Shown here: positions 47,401 to 57,933 of the stretch, one piece after another
Layout of the letters: the number at the start of each line of letters is the position of its first letter
Position numbering within the stretch: the first letter of the stretch is position 1
DNA from: a virus
Lineage: Duplodnaviria > Caudoviricetes
DNA: 64,000 nucleotides
Reading direction: 5' to 3' (one strand)
IMG/VR virus record: IMGVR_UViG_3300031555_001469
Made by a program: the position numbers and the translations under genes
Notes under the pieces: model-generated
The model's database searches: none
Seen by the model: the letters and a program-made list of their open reading frames with translations, nothing else
What the model was told of the DNA's origin: nothing

Positions 47401-50400
47401 CGATACATTAGATTCTTGGATTAACTCGGGGTCTATTAAAGACCAGAATGCTAAAAGAAATATGATGGCATATTATGCTAGCAGAGGTCAGGAAGCTTCC
47501 GAATATACTAAAAACGGTAACGTTCTTGACTATATTAATATGATAGATAAAGCACTTCGTACACCTAAAAAAGTTCGTCGTGCTAATAGATTCGTTAATG
47601 AATCTAACTCTCAGGTGGCTAGAGCTACTGGTAGAGAATCTGAAACAGATTCGGAGGGAGACCCCCGACAGCGTGGTATACATGCGTTTGGCGCTAGGAT
47701 GGTAACTAAAGCAGGATTAACTATGATTTCTCCTGGCGAGGCTATTATCCCTGCAAATATGAATCCTTTTAATCCTGACATGGACACTGTTGATATTAAT
47801 CAGCAGTTGGCTAATGAAAAGAGATTAAAGAATAAATTTATAGGTAGTCTTAGAGATAGAATTGCTACTAAAGCTGGCGGTGACGATGGTACAGGTGTTC
47901 CATTAGCAGAATCTAAGTCCTTAGCTCAACAGGCTGGAGGTAAGATTAAGGATGGTGCTACTGAATTAGTTACTCGTATTGTATTAGGTAGTGATAAAGA
48001 AGCTAAAGCATTTAAAGATGCTACTTCTGAAATTACTCAAAAGATTAAAGGTTATCTTCCTACAATGGCTGCTACTGGTCTTATCGGTGGTGGTGTAGGT
48101 TTATTAACTGGTATCGGTGGACCTATCTTAGGTGCAGTAGCTGGTGCCGGTTTAGGTTTACTTCAAAAATCTGATACTTTACAGAATTGGTTATTCGGTG
48201 AAGTTATTGGAGAAGATGAAAACGGAAAAGATATCCGTAAGGGAGGAGTTATCTCCCAGAAGATGCAACAATCTATGCAGAAGTATTTACCAGATTTAAA
48301 GAACTTTGGTATTGCTGGTGCATTGACAGGCTTATTCACTCCATTAGGACCTGTTGGTGGCTTAATGGTTGGATCTGCTCTTGCATATGTAAAGAACAAT
48401 GATAAATTCGCTCAGATATTATACGGCGATGTAATTGGTAAGGATGAGAACGGAAAAGATATCAGAGATGGCGGTATACTTGGTAAGAGCCATATGGATA
48501 AGCTTAAAAAGGCTGCTCCTAATATCTTAGGCGGTGCTGCTATCGGTGCTTTAGCCGGCCCATTCGGTCTTGTAGGAAACTTAGCCTTAGGTTCTGCTAT
48601 AGGCTTGGCTTCGTCTACAGAAGGATTTAAGACTCTTATTTTTGGTGAAGAAGTTGATGGAGAAAGAACTGGTGGTATCGCTGGTGCTCTTCATGATGGC
48701 TTTGTTGAACCAATGAAAGAGTTTGGAAAATCTATTAAAGATGGATTTGATAGTTTTATTAAGGATGATATTTTAAGTCCTTTAGCTGGGGCAATTGAAC
48801 CTTTAACCAAAGAAATAAGTGATATGATTAAGGGTATAGTGATGTTTGTGCCTAATATCTTCACTAAGTTCATGGAAAATAGAATCACGGCTCCATTAGC
48901 AAATTGGATGGAAGAAAGAATATTCAATCCGCTTGGAAAAGCAACCAAGTTTTTATTATCAGCTCCAATTAAATTAGCTAAAACTGTAGTGTCTGCTCCT
49001 TTTAAAGCTGTAGGCGCTTTAGGAAATGCTGTTAGAGGAAAGCATATAGCTAAGGGTAAAGCGGGATACATGACAGCTAGAGAACGTCTCGATTTTAGAG
49101 CAAAGCATAAGGTTGGTATGGCTTTATCTATTCATCGTGACAAGTATAGAGAAGAAGATGAAGTTATTGCTAACTTAGACGCTTCTTCTGTTCAGAAACT
49201 TAAGGATGTACTTGATGCTCAGCTTACTGGAGGAAAGAGTCTTACTCAGAATATCGAAAAGACTAAGAATAAAATCTATGTAGCGGTTGACAAGTACTTT
49301 AAAGATAATGATAAAGTTCTCTTATTGAATAAAGGAACTCGTTCTAAGATACTTAAAGCTATTCAGAAAGAGAATTATAAAGAAGCTGTAACACTTATTC
49401 GTACTGGTAAGGGTAAAGATGGTAGACCTATACCTGAATCAGAAAGAGAAGCTTTATTAGAAGAACTCGTACCTCTTATTGAGACTTATGAGAATCTTAA
49501 AGCTAGAAAGAAACAGCTCGATGATCTTGGTGAAGTTGATACAGTCGCTCTTGCAAGAGAGATGGGATTCAAGAAGTTTAAAGGAACCAAGAAAGATTTA
49601 AAGAAATACTCTGATCTTCTTCGGGGTACTTATAATGCTTTTGAAGCAGAAGGTGCTTATAAGACAGATACTTTGGGTCTTAATGACTCTGAAGATACTG
49701 AAATTGTAAGCAATCAGTCACTTGAAACACAGACAGATCGTATTGTCGAATCTATTGATAATTTAACAGCAATGATTAAAGGTTTAATAGATCCTGATAG
49801 TATAACTGCTGTTAGTGAAGAACATGGTGACACATATGAAAGTAATTTAGCTAGTTTCTCTGAAGCTATAGCTAATGGTAAAGCTGAAGATTTGCGTGCT
49901 GCTAGAGCTAGAGTAACAGATTTAGCTAAAATTTATGGCTTACACGGCGGTCTCTATGGGGACGACGGTGAAGTTAAACATGATATATTAAGCGGTCTTA
50001 TTAATAATGAGGCTGGGTTTGATGCACTTATGAGAGCAAAGAATGATGGAACTAACTTAAGAGTTGGTAATATCGGAAAGTATCTCTATACGTCTCAAAC
50101 TGATAATAAGAATTTCCTTAGATTACAGGAACTTGGTAATTATACTGATCTGCCAGAAGATATGATAGATGCAGTATTAAAGCTCAATAAGTCTCAGTAT
50201 GACAGATTATTTACAGCTGTCTCTAGAGGAGCTAAAGTTGTCGATGCTAATGGAAAATTTGATAAGGATGCTTTTGATGTATTAATTAATTCTGATGGTA
50301 ATTATAATTGGGAGACTAATACAGGAAAAGCATATAAGGGCAAGGTTAACGAAATGGCTCATTATACAGTAAAATCTGTAAGAGCTATTAAGAACGCTTT

Positions 50401-53400
50401 TGCTGGAAGTATAAATAAAACCTTCGATCACTTCTTCATTCAGTTCCAGGGTCTTGGTTTAGTTGGATCAGGTCCAGGAGCTATATGTAGTGAAAAACAG
50501 TTACAATGGTTGTATAAGAATGCTTATTATGAACTGGATAGGGCCGCTTCTGCTAAAGATCCAGAACAGGCATTTATTGAGTTATATAATAAGTATAAGA
50601 ATAAATTACCAAGTACAGCTACGATACTCTCTGCAGGTGAATCTGTAGTTGATGCATCTGAAATAGAAACTCGTGCTTTTGGTAAATTTAAGAACCTTAT
50701 TACCAATAATAAATTTGTTGCCAAATTTAAAAAGATTGGTACTAGTGATTCTTCTGATTCTAAGGAATCTCAGGAAGAAGCTAATAAAAATGCCTTAGAA
50801 AATGAACGTCAGAATGTCATTGCGTCTGGTGTAACTACTGTCGCTGAAGCTATTCATAACTGGAGAGCTAAGTATGACAAAGACCAGAAAGATGAAGAGA
50901 GTGGAAATAACGGTTTCTGGGGCAAACTTCTTAAGGGATTAGTTTTAGGAGGTAGAGTTCTTGGTACTATTGGTATTGGTGCATTCGGTGCTGGTATCTA
51001 CAAGAATTATTTAGAACCTCAAGTTGCTAATATCTTCAATGATCATGTAAAACCTTGGTGGACTGATAAAGCGCTTCCTGCACTGAAAGAGTCTGCTTTT
51101 GGTAAAGCGATTATGAGAGGTATGGATTATATCACTGGTAGCGGTGAATTTGCTGAAACTGGTGGTTTAAGAGGAACCCTTGCAAAGGGATTTGACTGGT
51201 TCTTGGGAAATGGTGAATATAATGGAAACGGTTTAATCGATAAAGCTAAAGGATTTATTATGGATACAATCGTCCCTAACATGTTTACCGGTCTCGAATG
51301 GGTTATAGGAGATTTAGCTCCTAAGATTTTATCAGGCTTATTTACAGCATTACCTAAGTTATTAGGAGCAACTGTAAGAGGTATTGGTAATTTCTTTAAG
51401 TTATCTATCACTAGTCTGCTTAAGCCTAACGTTAAGACTTATGCTGCTGATGATTTTGATATATCGTACGATGGAAATATGCCTACTTCATCTGTAATTT
51501 CTAAGGGTGGTAATAGTAGTGTATTGAGTAGATGGGGCTTAGCTAAGCCAGCCACCTACGATTTTAATGGTACTGTAAGTACATCTGGAGTGAGTTCTTC
51601 TGATTCTGGAAGTATATCTGGTACTGAATATTATGTAAATGAAAGCGGAAGATCTACTGCCGCTGCTGTAGGAGAAGCTGTTACAAGAGGCACATTAACT
51701 AAAGGTGGAGGGCTTATCAAAGCATTTGCTAAGGGCGGATTAGGCAATAAAGTGCTTAAAAACACCGTTGGTAAATTAGGTATTGCCGGAAAAGCGGTTA
51801 GTGGTGCTGTAGGAGGCGGATCTACATTATTAACCAAAATTACATCTGGAGGTAATTCTTTATTAAGAAAAGCTTTAGATAAATTTGGTGTTAACCCTGA
51901 TAAGTGGTTAGGTAATGCTGCTGGTGAAGTAACCGAAGAAGCTGCAGAATCTGCAGTTAAGCAAGGAGCAGAAGCTGCTGCTAAGCAGACTGCTGAAACT
52001 GTTGGTGAAAAGGTTATGAAAGAAACTGCAGAAAATGTTACCGAGAAAGCTGCTACAGGTGCCGGTAAAGGAATCGTTGAGAAAGTAACTAAATTTGTTA
52101 CTGAGAAGCTTACCGGTTTATTTGCTAATGGAACTGTAATTAGCGCAATTAAAAAAGCACTTAAAGCTAGTGGTAAAGAGGCTACTGAAAAAGCTGCAAA
52201 GAAAGCTGCAAAAGAACTCGGTGAAAATATTATTAAGAAATTAGTAAAGAATTTAGCCGAGAAAGCTGCTAAGGCTGCTGCAAAAGCTGTTGCTAAGTTA
52301 AGTGCATCTATAGCATCTGCTGGTATTGTTACAATAGCATTCATCGTTGCAGATTTTGTATCTGGTATGAAAAATGCTGAAACAATATTAGGCGTAACAG
52401 ATGGTGTATCTGTATTAGAAAGATTGTTATGTGGTGTTATTAATGCTATCACAGAGAATCTTACCTTTGGGTTAATTCCTGCCGATACAATAGTTGATAT
52501 TGTTGTAGAATATGCAGCCCCTGCATTAGGTATTGATACTTCTAAAATAACAGCTAGAAGAGAAGCTGCTATTAAAGAAATCGAAGAATGGAACAAAGAA
52601 CACCCTGATGATCAATACGAAAGTGTTGAATCTTATAATAAGAAAGACCGATGGACTACCAAAGCATGGAAGAGTGTTAAAGGTTGGTTCGGTGGTGGAA
52701 GCGATAAGGAAGATGAAAAGCGTTTAAAGGCTTCTTCGTCTACATCATCTTATGCTGCTTCTGCTAGTGGTACTTCTTCTCGTGTTAGAGCTGCAGGTAT
52801 GTATGGCACAGGTTCTGGAAAGCATCTGAGTCAGATTGATCCTAGATATGCTAATATGAGATTTAATAGCTCTGCAGATTCTGCAAGACAGACTATCGGA
52901 GATTCCGGTTGTGGTCCAGTTGCAGCTGCACAAGTTGTTCAGAGATATTCTGGTTATGGAGCTGACCCTGTCAATGCAGCTAGATATGCAATCAAGAATG
53001 GTTATAAGGAGACTAATGGAGGTACTTATCCTGCATTCTTCAGAGACTACTTGGGAGCAAATAATATCAATACTGAATTATTGACAGATATTAGATCCAC
53101 AGTAAATAGAATTGGTTCTGGGTCTCCTGTTATCTTAATGGGTAAGGATAGTTCTAATTCTAAATCTACACCTTACGGTGCGTCACCTCACTATGTGGTG
53201 GCAACAGGATTTGATAAGAGAGGTAATATCATAATTCAAAATCCTGAATCTATGACTCCAGATTCTATATACAATGCTGGTGATGTGTTAAGCAAGTCTA
53301 GTTTAGCAATCGGAACTAGCTATGGTACAGGAAATGGATATAATAAATTAATGGGTATGCCGATGTTTGGAAGAGGTAGAGCTGCTATGACTACTAACAT

Positions 53401-54760
53401 GGTCTATGACGGTGGTAGTGGAACTGGTACTACATCTGATTATATCGGTAAACACGTTAAGAAGTTTGAATCCGGTAGTACGGGTAGTTTAACATTTGCT
53501 AAATCTTCGGGAAATGACTGGGGATTAAGCTGTGGTACTTACCAGTTTACATTACGTTGGGGAAATGCTATCAAGTTCTTGACAACTTACTTCCCTAATA
53601 TAGTAAACCAGCCTGGATATTATGTGGTATTCCACAACAAGAAGGATTTTCCTTCTAAAACATGGCCGGGTGCTACTTATTGTTCTGGCCCAGCTCAGGT
53701 TGAGAAAGTTTGGAGAGCTTGCTATAATTCGGTGGGCGCTGATGCTTTCTTTAAATATGAATGGGATCATGCAAAGAATAATTGGTACAAGGGCGCATGT
53801 AATTTACTTTCGGATATATTTAATCCTAACACTCACTCTAGATCTATGCAGGAATGTATTTGGTCTTGGGCTATTCATAGTGGTGTTGGTGGATGTAATA
53901 GTGATTTCCGTGCTGCTATTGCAGCTGCTGGAATTACAGATCCACAGAAAGCTTCTGAAGCTAAATTGCTTAAAGCTTGTTATGATTACAGATATAATAA
54001 GTATAAGTTTAAGCGTTATAGTACTGATAGTGGTCAGGAGAGAGATGTTGTGTCTTCTTTAATTGGTAAGAAACCAATTGATTATAGTGGACGAAGCCTT
54101 GGAACTTCTACTGCTGGTATTAGTACTAATGATGAGAAGAATGCATTGTTAAATGAAAATGCAAGCACTTCTTCTGGAATTAATGGTATCTTTAGTGAGA
54201 TTGAAAATATTGTTAAGGGTACTAAGTTATACGAACTTTATAACGGTCTCTTCAATGGTAGTACAACATCTGAAGATGCAACCGAAGCTACTTCTGGTAC
54301 AGGAAGTAACAGAAAGATTAATTCTGCTATTAGAGGAATTATTAAGGGAAGTTCTGGTATGGGTACAACTACAGCCACTGCTAATCTTAATAAGTCCGTA
54401 AGCGGATATAAGCTTAATACGTCTAGTATCAATACACCTAGTGTATCTATTAAACGTACAACAGCAACTAATAATTCTACAAACTCTTTAGATTACAGTA
54501 TGATATTAACAGCGATGATAGAGATCTTATCTACTATTGCTAATAATACAGCTGCTATTCAGAAGATAGTGGATTTATTATCCAATTCACTTGGTATAGA
54601 TACTTCGTCGATTAACACAAAAACTGATTCTACGGGTAAGATTAAAGCTAAGCTTAGATCTAAATTGCAAGAATTAGGTGGAGGATCTTCGGGTTCTGGA
54701 ACCAATAATCCTGATACATTAGCACTTGTTAACGCAATGGCTGCTATTGCTAGAGGATAA
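44429..54760 (+). CDS. giant tape-measure-like virion protein with C39-like peptidase and lysozyme-like domains
   Basis: 3443 aa, helical and Ala/Gly/Lys-rich with hydrophobic Gly-rich segments; SQIDPRY...SGCGPVAAA...HYVV...NP; VKKFESG...SCGTYQF...WSWAIHSG; late promoter at 44392-44403. Confidence 0.75.
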   Translation: MALKDVTSYIKNMGKSVGYSMIDVSKETAPAMAEFVDTNKELFKDVYAAVKDHKKFMEKTKALITGSKVYEAADVGLKAMKEDIRTGNFYNKARTAEFEAKYSGFNMDDMDADDIEFSMKDDDDGSFGSVEISDGDKYVGSTVESAVKASADLTSTTIARSAEYMGSVTKASTSAIIVQNERLFGNLSNRIVAMHGGINDLYKLHATAIEATGKMNKEFYENTTNLMRESNAMLKEMLEMQRNMYKQEQQKAKEKTTYGDIVGSNGMPDLKEYAKVIGKNFKGATGQFGDMLGMFGKDSNMLAMMVASPLMFIPNFIAKAVIPAAVASNMSELDKSLSGVFGTSIARFNKMAKKDNSPIGSFIGKLFGISSNVKGSIDTGNYNKGAVPFDGITRKSIIEVIPGHLRRIEAILSGMGDERIYDYDKGKWTSASKLKSQYDSIADQHRNSAFSDLRNHAKRYTKTAGFSKSQKKKFDDDFELFLKQVYEEGGYLPSNLRKMKKEDYNYNISDMNFELIRNILTTMNKGDVMSIAGNVLEARNRHNKTISDLELSGSALYNYLFDGSDMKNSYKKFKNKDGKITGFDTAVNIATVTDNLGNNIFFYLQNMLKTMEWYKLNWGMGGGSSNSRKFRNIKDSDWDSYVNHSSSSNSRKYEDERAYDEKIRKSVANGTYVNFIDADSDEDMAEAQAMLRGKAVLAGIKDEDDRRKEYRSKHYGAFYKEQDDLDMGRYSHGKHNKGIVTRLREAGTLMDKFNVISEGIKDFAKSPATLLASVIDKANQSIFSFFYQDPLYDEDGNKIKGFMDLMTSKMKTSFDKFNKFLDDKILDPLKKKLGVDSFGDLADKFLGMFGLDKKGRKEKWDNLFGEGTFFGDFKKGFKDEIDRITKEVAESTKAAMKATYGKAGEAIFGTNSTSNPVVDKKRQAELARQDLLNRSSARARAYLTGTGYDGEDFEARVAELAGSSKNMRIVRAWEDENAARENEYGNLFNSGDTLDSWINSGSIKDQNAKRNMMAYYASRGQEASEYTKNGNVLDYINMIDKALRTPKKVRRANRFVNESNSQVARATGRESETDSEGDPRQRGIHAFGARMVTKAGLTMISPGEAIIPANMNPFNPDMDTVDINQQLANEKRLKNKFIGSLRDRIATKAGGDDGTGVPLAESKSLAQQAGGKIKDGATELVTRIVLGSDKEAKAFKDATSEITQKIKGYLPTMAATGLIGGGVGLLTGIGGPILGAVAGAGLGLLQKSDTLQNWLFGEVIGEDENGKDIRKGGVISQKMQQSMQKYLPDLKNFGIAGALTGLFTPLGPVGGLMVGSALAYVKNNDKFAQILYGDVIGKDENGKDIRDGGILGKSHMDKLKKAAPNILGGAAIGALAGPFGLVGNLALGSAIGLASSTEGFKTLIFGEEVDGERTGGIAGALHDGFVEPMKEFGKSIKDGFDSFIKDDILSPLAGAIEPLTKEISDMIKGIVMFVPNIFTKFMENRITAPLANWMEERIFNPLGKATKFLLSAPIKLAKTVVSAPFKAVGALGNAVRGKHIAKGKAGYMTARERLDFRAKHKVGMALSIHRDKYREEDEVIANLDASSVQKLKDVLDAQLTGGKSLTQNIEKTKNKIYVAVDKYFKDNDKVLLLNKGTRSKILKAIQKENYKEAVTLIRTGKGKDGRPIPESEREALLEELVPLIETYENLKARKKQLDDLGEVDTVALAREMGFKKFKGTKKDLKKYSDLLRGTYNAFEAEGAYKTDTLGLNDSEDTEIVSNQSLETQTDRIVESIDNLTAMIKGLIDPDSITAVSEEHGDTYESNLASFSEAIANGKAEDLRAARARVTDLAKIYGLHGGLYGDDGEVKHDILSGLINNEAGFDALMRAKNDGTNLRVGNIGKYLYTSQTDNKNFLRLQELGNYTDLPEDMIDAVLKLNKSQYDRLFTAVSRGAKVVDANGKFDKDAFDVLINSDGNYNWETNTGKAYKGKVNEMAHYTVKSVRAIKNAFAGSINKTFDHFFIQFQGLGLVGSGPGAICSEKQLQWLYKNAYYELDRAASAKDPEQAFIELYNKYKNKLPSTATILSAGESVVDASEIETRAFGKFKNLITNNKFVAKFKKIGTSDSSDSKESQEEANKNALENERQNVIASGVTTVAEAIHNWRAKYDKDQKDEESGNNGFWGKLLKGLVLGGRVLGTIGIGAFGAGIYKNYLEPQVANIFNDHVKPWWTDKALPALKESAFGKAIMRGMDYITGSGEFAETGGLRGTLAKGFDWFLGNGEYNGNGLIDKAKGFIMDTIVPNMFTGLEWVIGDLAPKILSGLFTALPKLLGATVRGIGNFFKLSITSLLKPNVKTYAADDFDISYDGNMPTSSVISKGGNSSVLSRWGLAKPATYDFNGTVSTSGVSSSDSGSISGTEYYVNESGRSTAAAVGEAVTRGTLTKGGGLIKAFAKGGLGNKVLKNTVGKLGIAGKAVSGAVGGGSTLLTKITSGGNSLLRKALDKFGVNPDKWLGNAAGEVTEEAAESAVKQGAEAAAKQTAETVGEKVMKETAENVTEKAATGAGKGIVEKVTKFVTEKLTGLFANGTVISAIKKALKASGKEATEKAAKKAAKELGENIIKKLVKNLAEKAAKAAAKAVAKLSASIASAGIVTIAFIVADFVSGMKNAETILGVTDGVSVLERLLCGVINAITENLTFGLIPADTIVDIVVEYAAPALGIDTSKITARREAAIKEIEEWNKEHPDDQYESVESYNKKDRWTTKAWKSVKGWFGGGSDKEDEKRLKASSSTSSYAASASGTSSRVRAAGMYGTGSGKHLSQIDPRYANMRFNSSADSARQTIGDSGCGPVAAAQVVQRYSGYGADPVNAARYAIKNGYKETNGGTYPAFFRDYLGANNINTELLTDIRSTVNRIGSGSPVILMGKDSSNSKSTPYGASPHYVVATGFDKRGNIIIQNPESMTPDSIYNAGDVLSKSSLAIGTSYGTGNGYNKLMGMPMFGRGRAAMTTNMVYDGGSGTGTTSDYIGKHVKKFESGSTGSLTFAKSSGNDWGLSCGTYQFTLRWGNAIKFLTTYFPNIVNQPGYYVVFHNKKDFPSKTWPGATYCSGPAQVEKVWRACYNSVGADAFFKYEWDHAKNNWYKGACNLLSDIFNPNTHSRSMQECIWSWAIHSGVGGCNSDFRAAIAAAGITDPQKASEAKLLKACYDYRYNKYKFKRYSTDSGQERDVVSSLIGKKPIDYSGRSLGTSTAGISTNDEKNALLNENASTSSGINGIFSEIENIVKGTKLYELYNGLFNGSTTSEDATEATSGTGSNRKINSAIRGIIKGSSGMGTTTATANLNKSVSGYKLNTSSINTPSVSIKRTTATNNSTNSLDYSMILTAMIEILSTIANNTAAIQKIVDLLSNSLGIDTSSINTKTDSTGKIKAKLRSKLQELGGGSSGSGTNNPDTLALVNAMAAIARG

Positions 54761-54832
54761 TTAATTTGAGACGTAGTGATTTAATGTCACTACGTCTCAA
54801 CTTTATAGTAATACAAGAAAGGATGTGATTAA

Positions 54833-56785
54833 ATGCCAACTAAATATAAATCCCTTATGTCTACTAATGTATATAGTAAACCAACTGCTTCTTCTATGAT
54901 TCTTGATATGATGAATAAAGGGGTAGAGATTAATGTATATACAACAGCAAATAGCGGTAAATGGTTATGTTTAGATAGCGGTGGAACTCAGTGGGTTCCA
55001 ATGTATAATTCTAATAGCCAGCCCATATTTCAAACAACTGAACCTATGCAGAAAAGTACTGTTTCTGAAACAAAAGCAGAAGATGTAAATAAATCAACTG
55101 GAGCTTCTAAAAGTAGTTACTTTTATATAGGTACCAATTGGAATGATGGTAAAGCTGTAAATCAAGAAGGTAATGCATTTAAAACAAAGAGTGATGCAAT
55201 GAATTATTACAATGGTCCTCTTAGTTCTAAAGGTAGTCAAAAATCTAATTATAAAATATATGACTCTAATGGAAATAAAGTATATCCTACAACTAATGAG
55301 CCTACTACAGCTACTACTTCTGTTAGTGCTATAGAAGATACTTCTGAAAATGAAGCTGATATTGATTGGATTGAAGTATATGGTTTAGAAGGAGATGCTG
55401 GTTCTTCTTATGTCAAAAGTATAGAGTCTTTGACAATAAAAAATGTTAAAGGTATTATGGGATTACCATATCAATGGACCCCATTACAAGATCCTAGAAT
55501 AACTAGCGGTAATGGTAAAAAGGTAGGTGATAATAGTGGTATAGGTAGAACTTATGGTGATAAGATTTTATCAAGAGTCCCTTTATTATTAATCACCCCA
55601 GGTGTTCCTGACTTTATGGGTAGTTATTCTGATAAACAAGCAGAAACTTTATTGGGTAAAATGCTCCAAAGTGTCGGTGACGATACAGATATTGATAAAA
55701 ATGATTCGGCTTTAAAGAGTATAATCACAAGACAGGGTAAGTACTACAATCTTAAATTTGATTATGCTAGTTATTATAGCTGCGTAAATCCTATGTGTAG
55801 GGCAGCAGCCTATTTTTTAGGTATACAAAATAAAAAAATTGATAATGAATATTTAAAAAGATATGATCATTACAAACATAATAGATCAGAGCTCGATTCG
55901 TTTCTTGGTACATATAGAGGCTGTGTTCCTTTTTATGTAAATTCAGAAACTTCTATCCAAGATTCTTTTGGTAATGATACATCTCAATCCTCATTAGCAG
56001 ATAAGATTAATGGATATTCATCTATGGCAAATGAATTAAGCTATATTTTAGGTAATTCTAAAGCTGGTGATTTATATGATGATCTTAAATCTACTGTAGA
56101 TAATAGTGTAGAAGGATTAGGAAATTTGGTCCATACAATGATGGGCGGAACTAACCTAATCAGTAGTATTACAGATGGTTTAACGTCTGTATTAGCAGGC
56201 GGTAAACTCATATTTCCAGAAATATGGTCAGATTCTAGTTTTACTAGATCTTATGATGTCACTGTAAAATTAGTGACTCCAGATAATGATAAATTATCTT
56301 GGTTCTTAAATATATGGGTACCATTAGCTCATTTAATGGCATTATGCCTTCCTAGACAGGTTGACGTAAATGGTTATATATCTCCATTCTTAGTAAGAGC
56401 TTTTTATAAAGGTCTCTTTAATGTAGATATGGGTATTATAACAAATATGAGTGTACAGAAAGGTGGAGATGGTCTTTGGACTAAGGATGGTCTCCCTACA
56501 TCAGTAGAAGTTTCGTTTACAATTAAAGACCTTTATAATTACATGGCTTTAAGTAATGATCCTTCTATAACTAATAATCTTATGAATAATATCACATTGC
56601 TTGACTATATAGGAAATAGCTGTGGTATAAACATCAATGAAACTGATGTTATAAGAAACGTTGAAATGTTTCTTATGGTAGGAGAAGTAGGTACAGTACA
56701 AGATCAAATTGTAAATGGTGTATTTACAAATCTCGATCAGTGGTTTACGAATAGAGTAGCTAAGATATTTGGATATTTTAATTAA
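54833..56785 (+). CDS. virion protein: SH3-like N-terminus + baseplate/tail-tube-initiator-like C-terminal domain
   Basis: N-terminal SH3-like pattern; FPEIWSDSSFTRSY...SPFLVR...IITNMSVQKG...GLPTSVEVSFTIKDL; late promoter at 54799-54810. Confidence 0.6.
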   Translation: MPTKYKSLMSTNVYSKPTASSMILDMMNKGVEINVYTTANSGKWLCLDSGGTQWVPMYNSNSQPIFQTTEPMQKSTVSETKAEDVNKSTGASKSSYFYIGTNWNDGKAVNQEGNAFKTKSDAMNYYNGPLSSKGSQKSNYKIYDSNGNKVYPTTNEPTTATTSVSAIEDTSENEADIDWIEVYGLEGDAGSSYVKSIESLTIKNVKGIMGLPYQWTPLQDPRITSGNGKKVGDNSGIGRTYGDKILSRVPLLLITPGVPDFMGSYSDKQAETLLGKMLQSVGDDTDIDKNDSALKSIITRQGKYYNLKFDYASYYSCVNPMCRAAAYFLGIQNKKIDNEYLKRYDHYKHNRSELDSFLGTYRGCVPFYVNSETSIQDSFGNDTSQSSLADKINGYSSMANELSYILGNSKAGDLYDDLKSTVDNSVEGLGNLVHTMMGGTNLISSITDGLTSVLAGGKLIFPEIWSDSSFTRSYDVTVKLVTPDNDKLSWFLNIWVPLAHLMALCLPRQVDVNGYISPFLVRAFYKGLFNVDMGIITNMSVQKGGDGLWTKDGLPTSVEVSFTIKDLYNYMALSNDPSITNNLMNNITLLDYIGNSCGININETDVIRNVEMFLMVGEVGTVQDQIVNGVFTNLDQWFTNRVAKIFGYFN

Positions 56786-56856
56786 AAAATATCGATTCTG
56801 AAACATAGGGGTAAGTGGAAGCACTTACCCCTAAAAAATTTGTAAGGGAGTATACT

Positions 56857-57558
56857 ATGAAAAATAGAAAACAAAAACTCGATGAATATGATATGAAGTA
56901 CAAAGATATACCAAGAGATTACTTGGAGCGACTATCTTATATGTATGATTTCTATCATGTATCAGAGAAAAAAGCTTATGAAATAATTCAGAAGAGGCAA
57001 CAACTTCTGAGTAATTTATATTATCAAGAAATTAGAATAGTTTTATATGAAGAACCAGAAGGTTCTCCGCGTCCTAGATTCAGAATAGTAAATAGGAGTA
57101 ACTTAAAAGCTAATGCAATGTCTGCAAGTCAATTTGTTCATGTATATTCTATGACAGGTGCGTCAGATAATAATTACATGAAACGGTTATTAACAGAAAA
57201 TGATTTTGAAGGGTTTGATCAAATAATATGTACTCCATGTGATGTAGAATATTGTTGTTATTTCAAAACCCCATCATCATACCCTGTTCAAGATATATTT
57301 TTAGCAGAAATTGGATTAGAGAGACCTCTAACTAAACCTGACTGGGACAACGTAGGAAAGAAATACTCTGATATGATGAATAGAAACATATGGCTAGATG
57401 ATGCATTTGTAATCGATGGTCATGTACGAAAATACTATTCAATATTACCACGTATAGAAATAAGATTACTATACGCTAACCAAGTATTTAACAGATACCA
57501 GTATAATAGTATCTCAAACAGAGTGGACTTTAAGGATGGTATGATATTAAAATATTAA
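56857..57558 (+). CDS. rusA: RusA-like Holliday junction resolvase
   Basis: PRPRF, KPDWDNVGKKYSDMMN..IWLDD, PRIEI; start at ATG 56857 behind GGGAG. Confidence 0.8.
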   Translation: MKNRKQKLDEYDMKYKDIPRDYLERLSYMYDFYHVSEKKAYEIIQKRQQLLSNLYYQEIRIVLYEEPEGSPRPRFRIVNRSNLKANAMSASQFVHVYSMTGASDNNYMKRLLTENDFEGFDQIICTPCDVEYCCYFKTPSSYPVQDIFLAEIGLERPLTKPDWDNVGKKYSDMMNRNIWLDDAFVIDGHVRKYYSILPRIEIRLLYANQVFNRYQYNSISNRVDFKDGMILKY

Positions 57559-57573
57559 GCGAGGTAAAGTGAC

Positions 57574-57927
57574 ATGATAACTGATATCATTACTATCAAA
57601 CAAGAATTAAACAGAAAATTTTATACATCTGAGATTATGGAAGAGATCAGAAGAGATATTGAAAGTGGATTAGATGCTAAAGTTGATATTATTGGAGGAC
57701 AGATTCATTTTCGAATATCTAAGAAAACAGCGAAAGCTAATGGATTTAAGTTTGATGATTCTACTTCAGTATACAATTACATAGAAGAAGAATTAAGACG
57801 TATTTATTATGGATATTCTAGAGACATAAAAGATTTAAATTTAGATATCAATACAATTGAAAGAAATATATCTTATTTATATCGTCTCAATGCAATTAGT
57901 GGAAACACATTTATATTAGAATTATAA
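57574..57927 (+). CDS. hypothetical protein
   Basis: GAGG SD; 117 aa. Confidence 0.65.
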   Translation: MITDIITIKQELNRKFYTSEIMEEIRRDIESGLDAKVDIIGGQIHFRISKKTAKANGFKFDDSTSVYNYIEEELRRIYYGYSRDIKDLNLDINTIERNISYLYRLNAISGNTFILEL

Positions 57928-57933
57928 AAGAAT

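Noticed and set aside
51631-52596. 321-aa antisense ORF within the giant gene (and similar shadow ORFs elsewhere)
   Set aside because: Explained by codon bias of the Ala/Lys/Gly-rich sense frame; no SD or promoter
56815-56856. GTG start for the RusA-like gene
   Set aside because: Lies inside hairpin 56807-56832; the ATG at 56857 has a GGGAG SD
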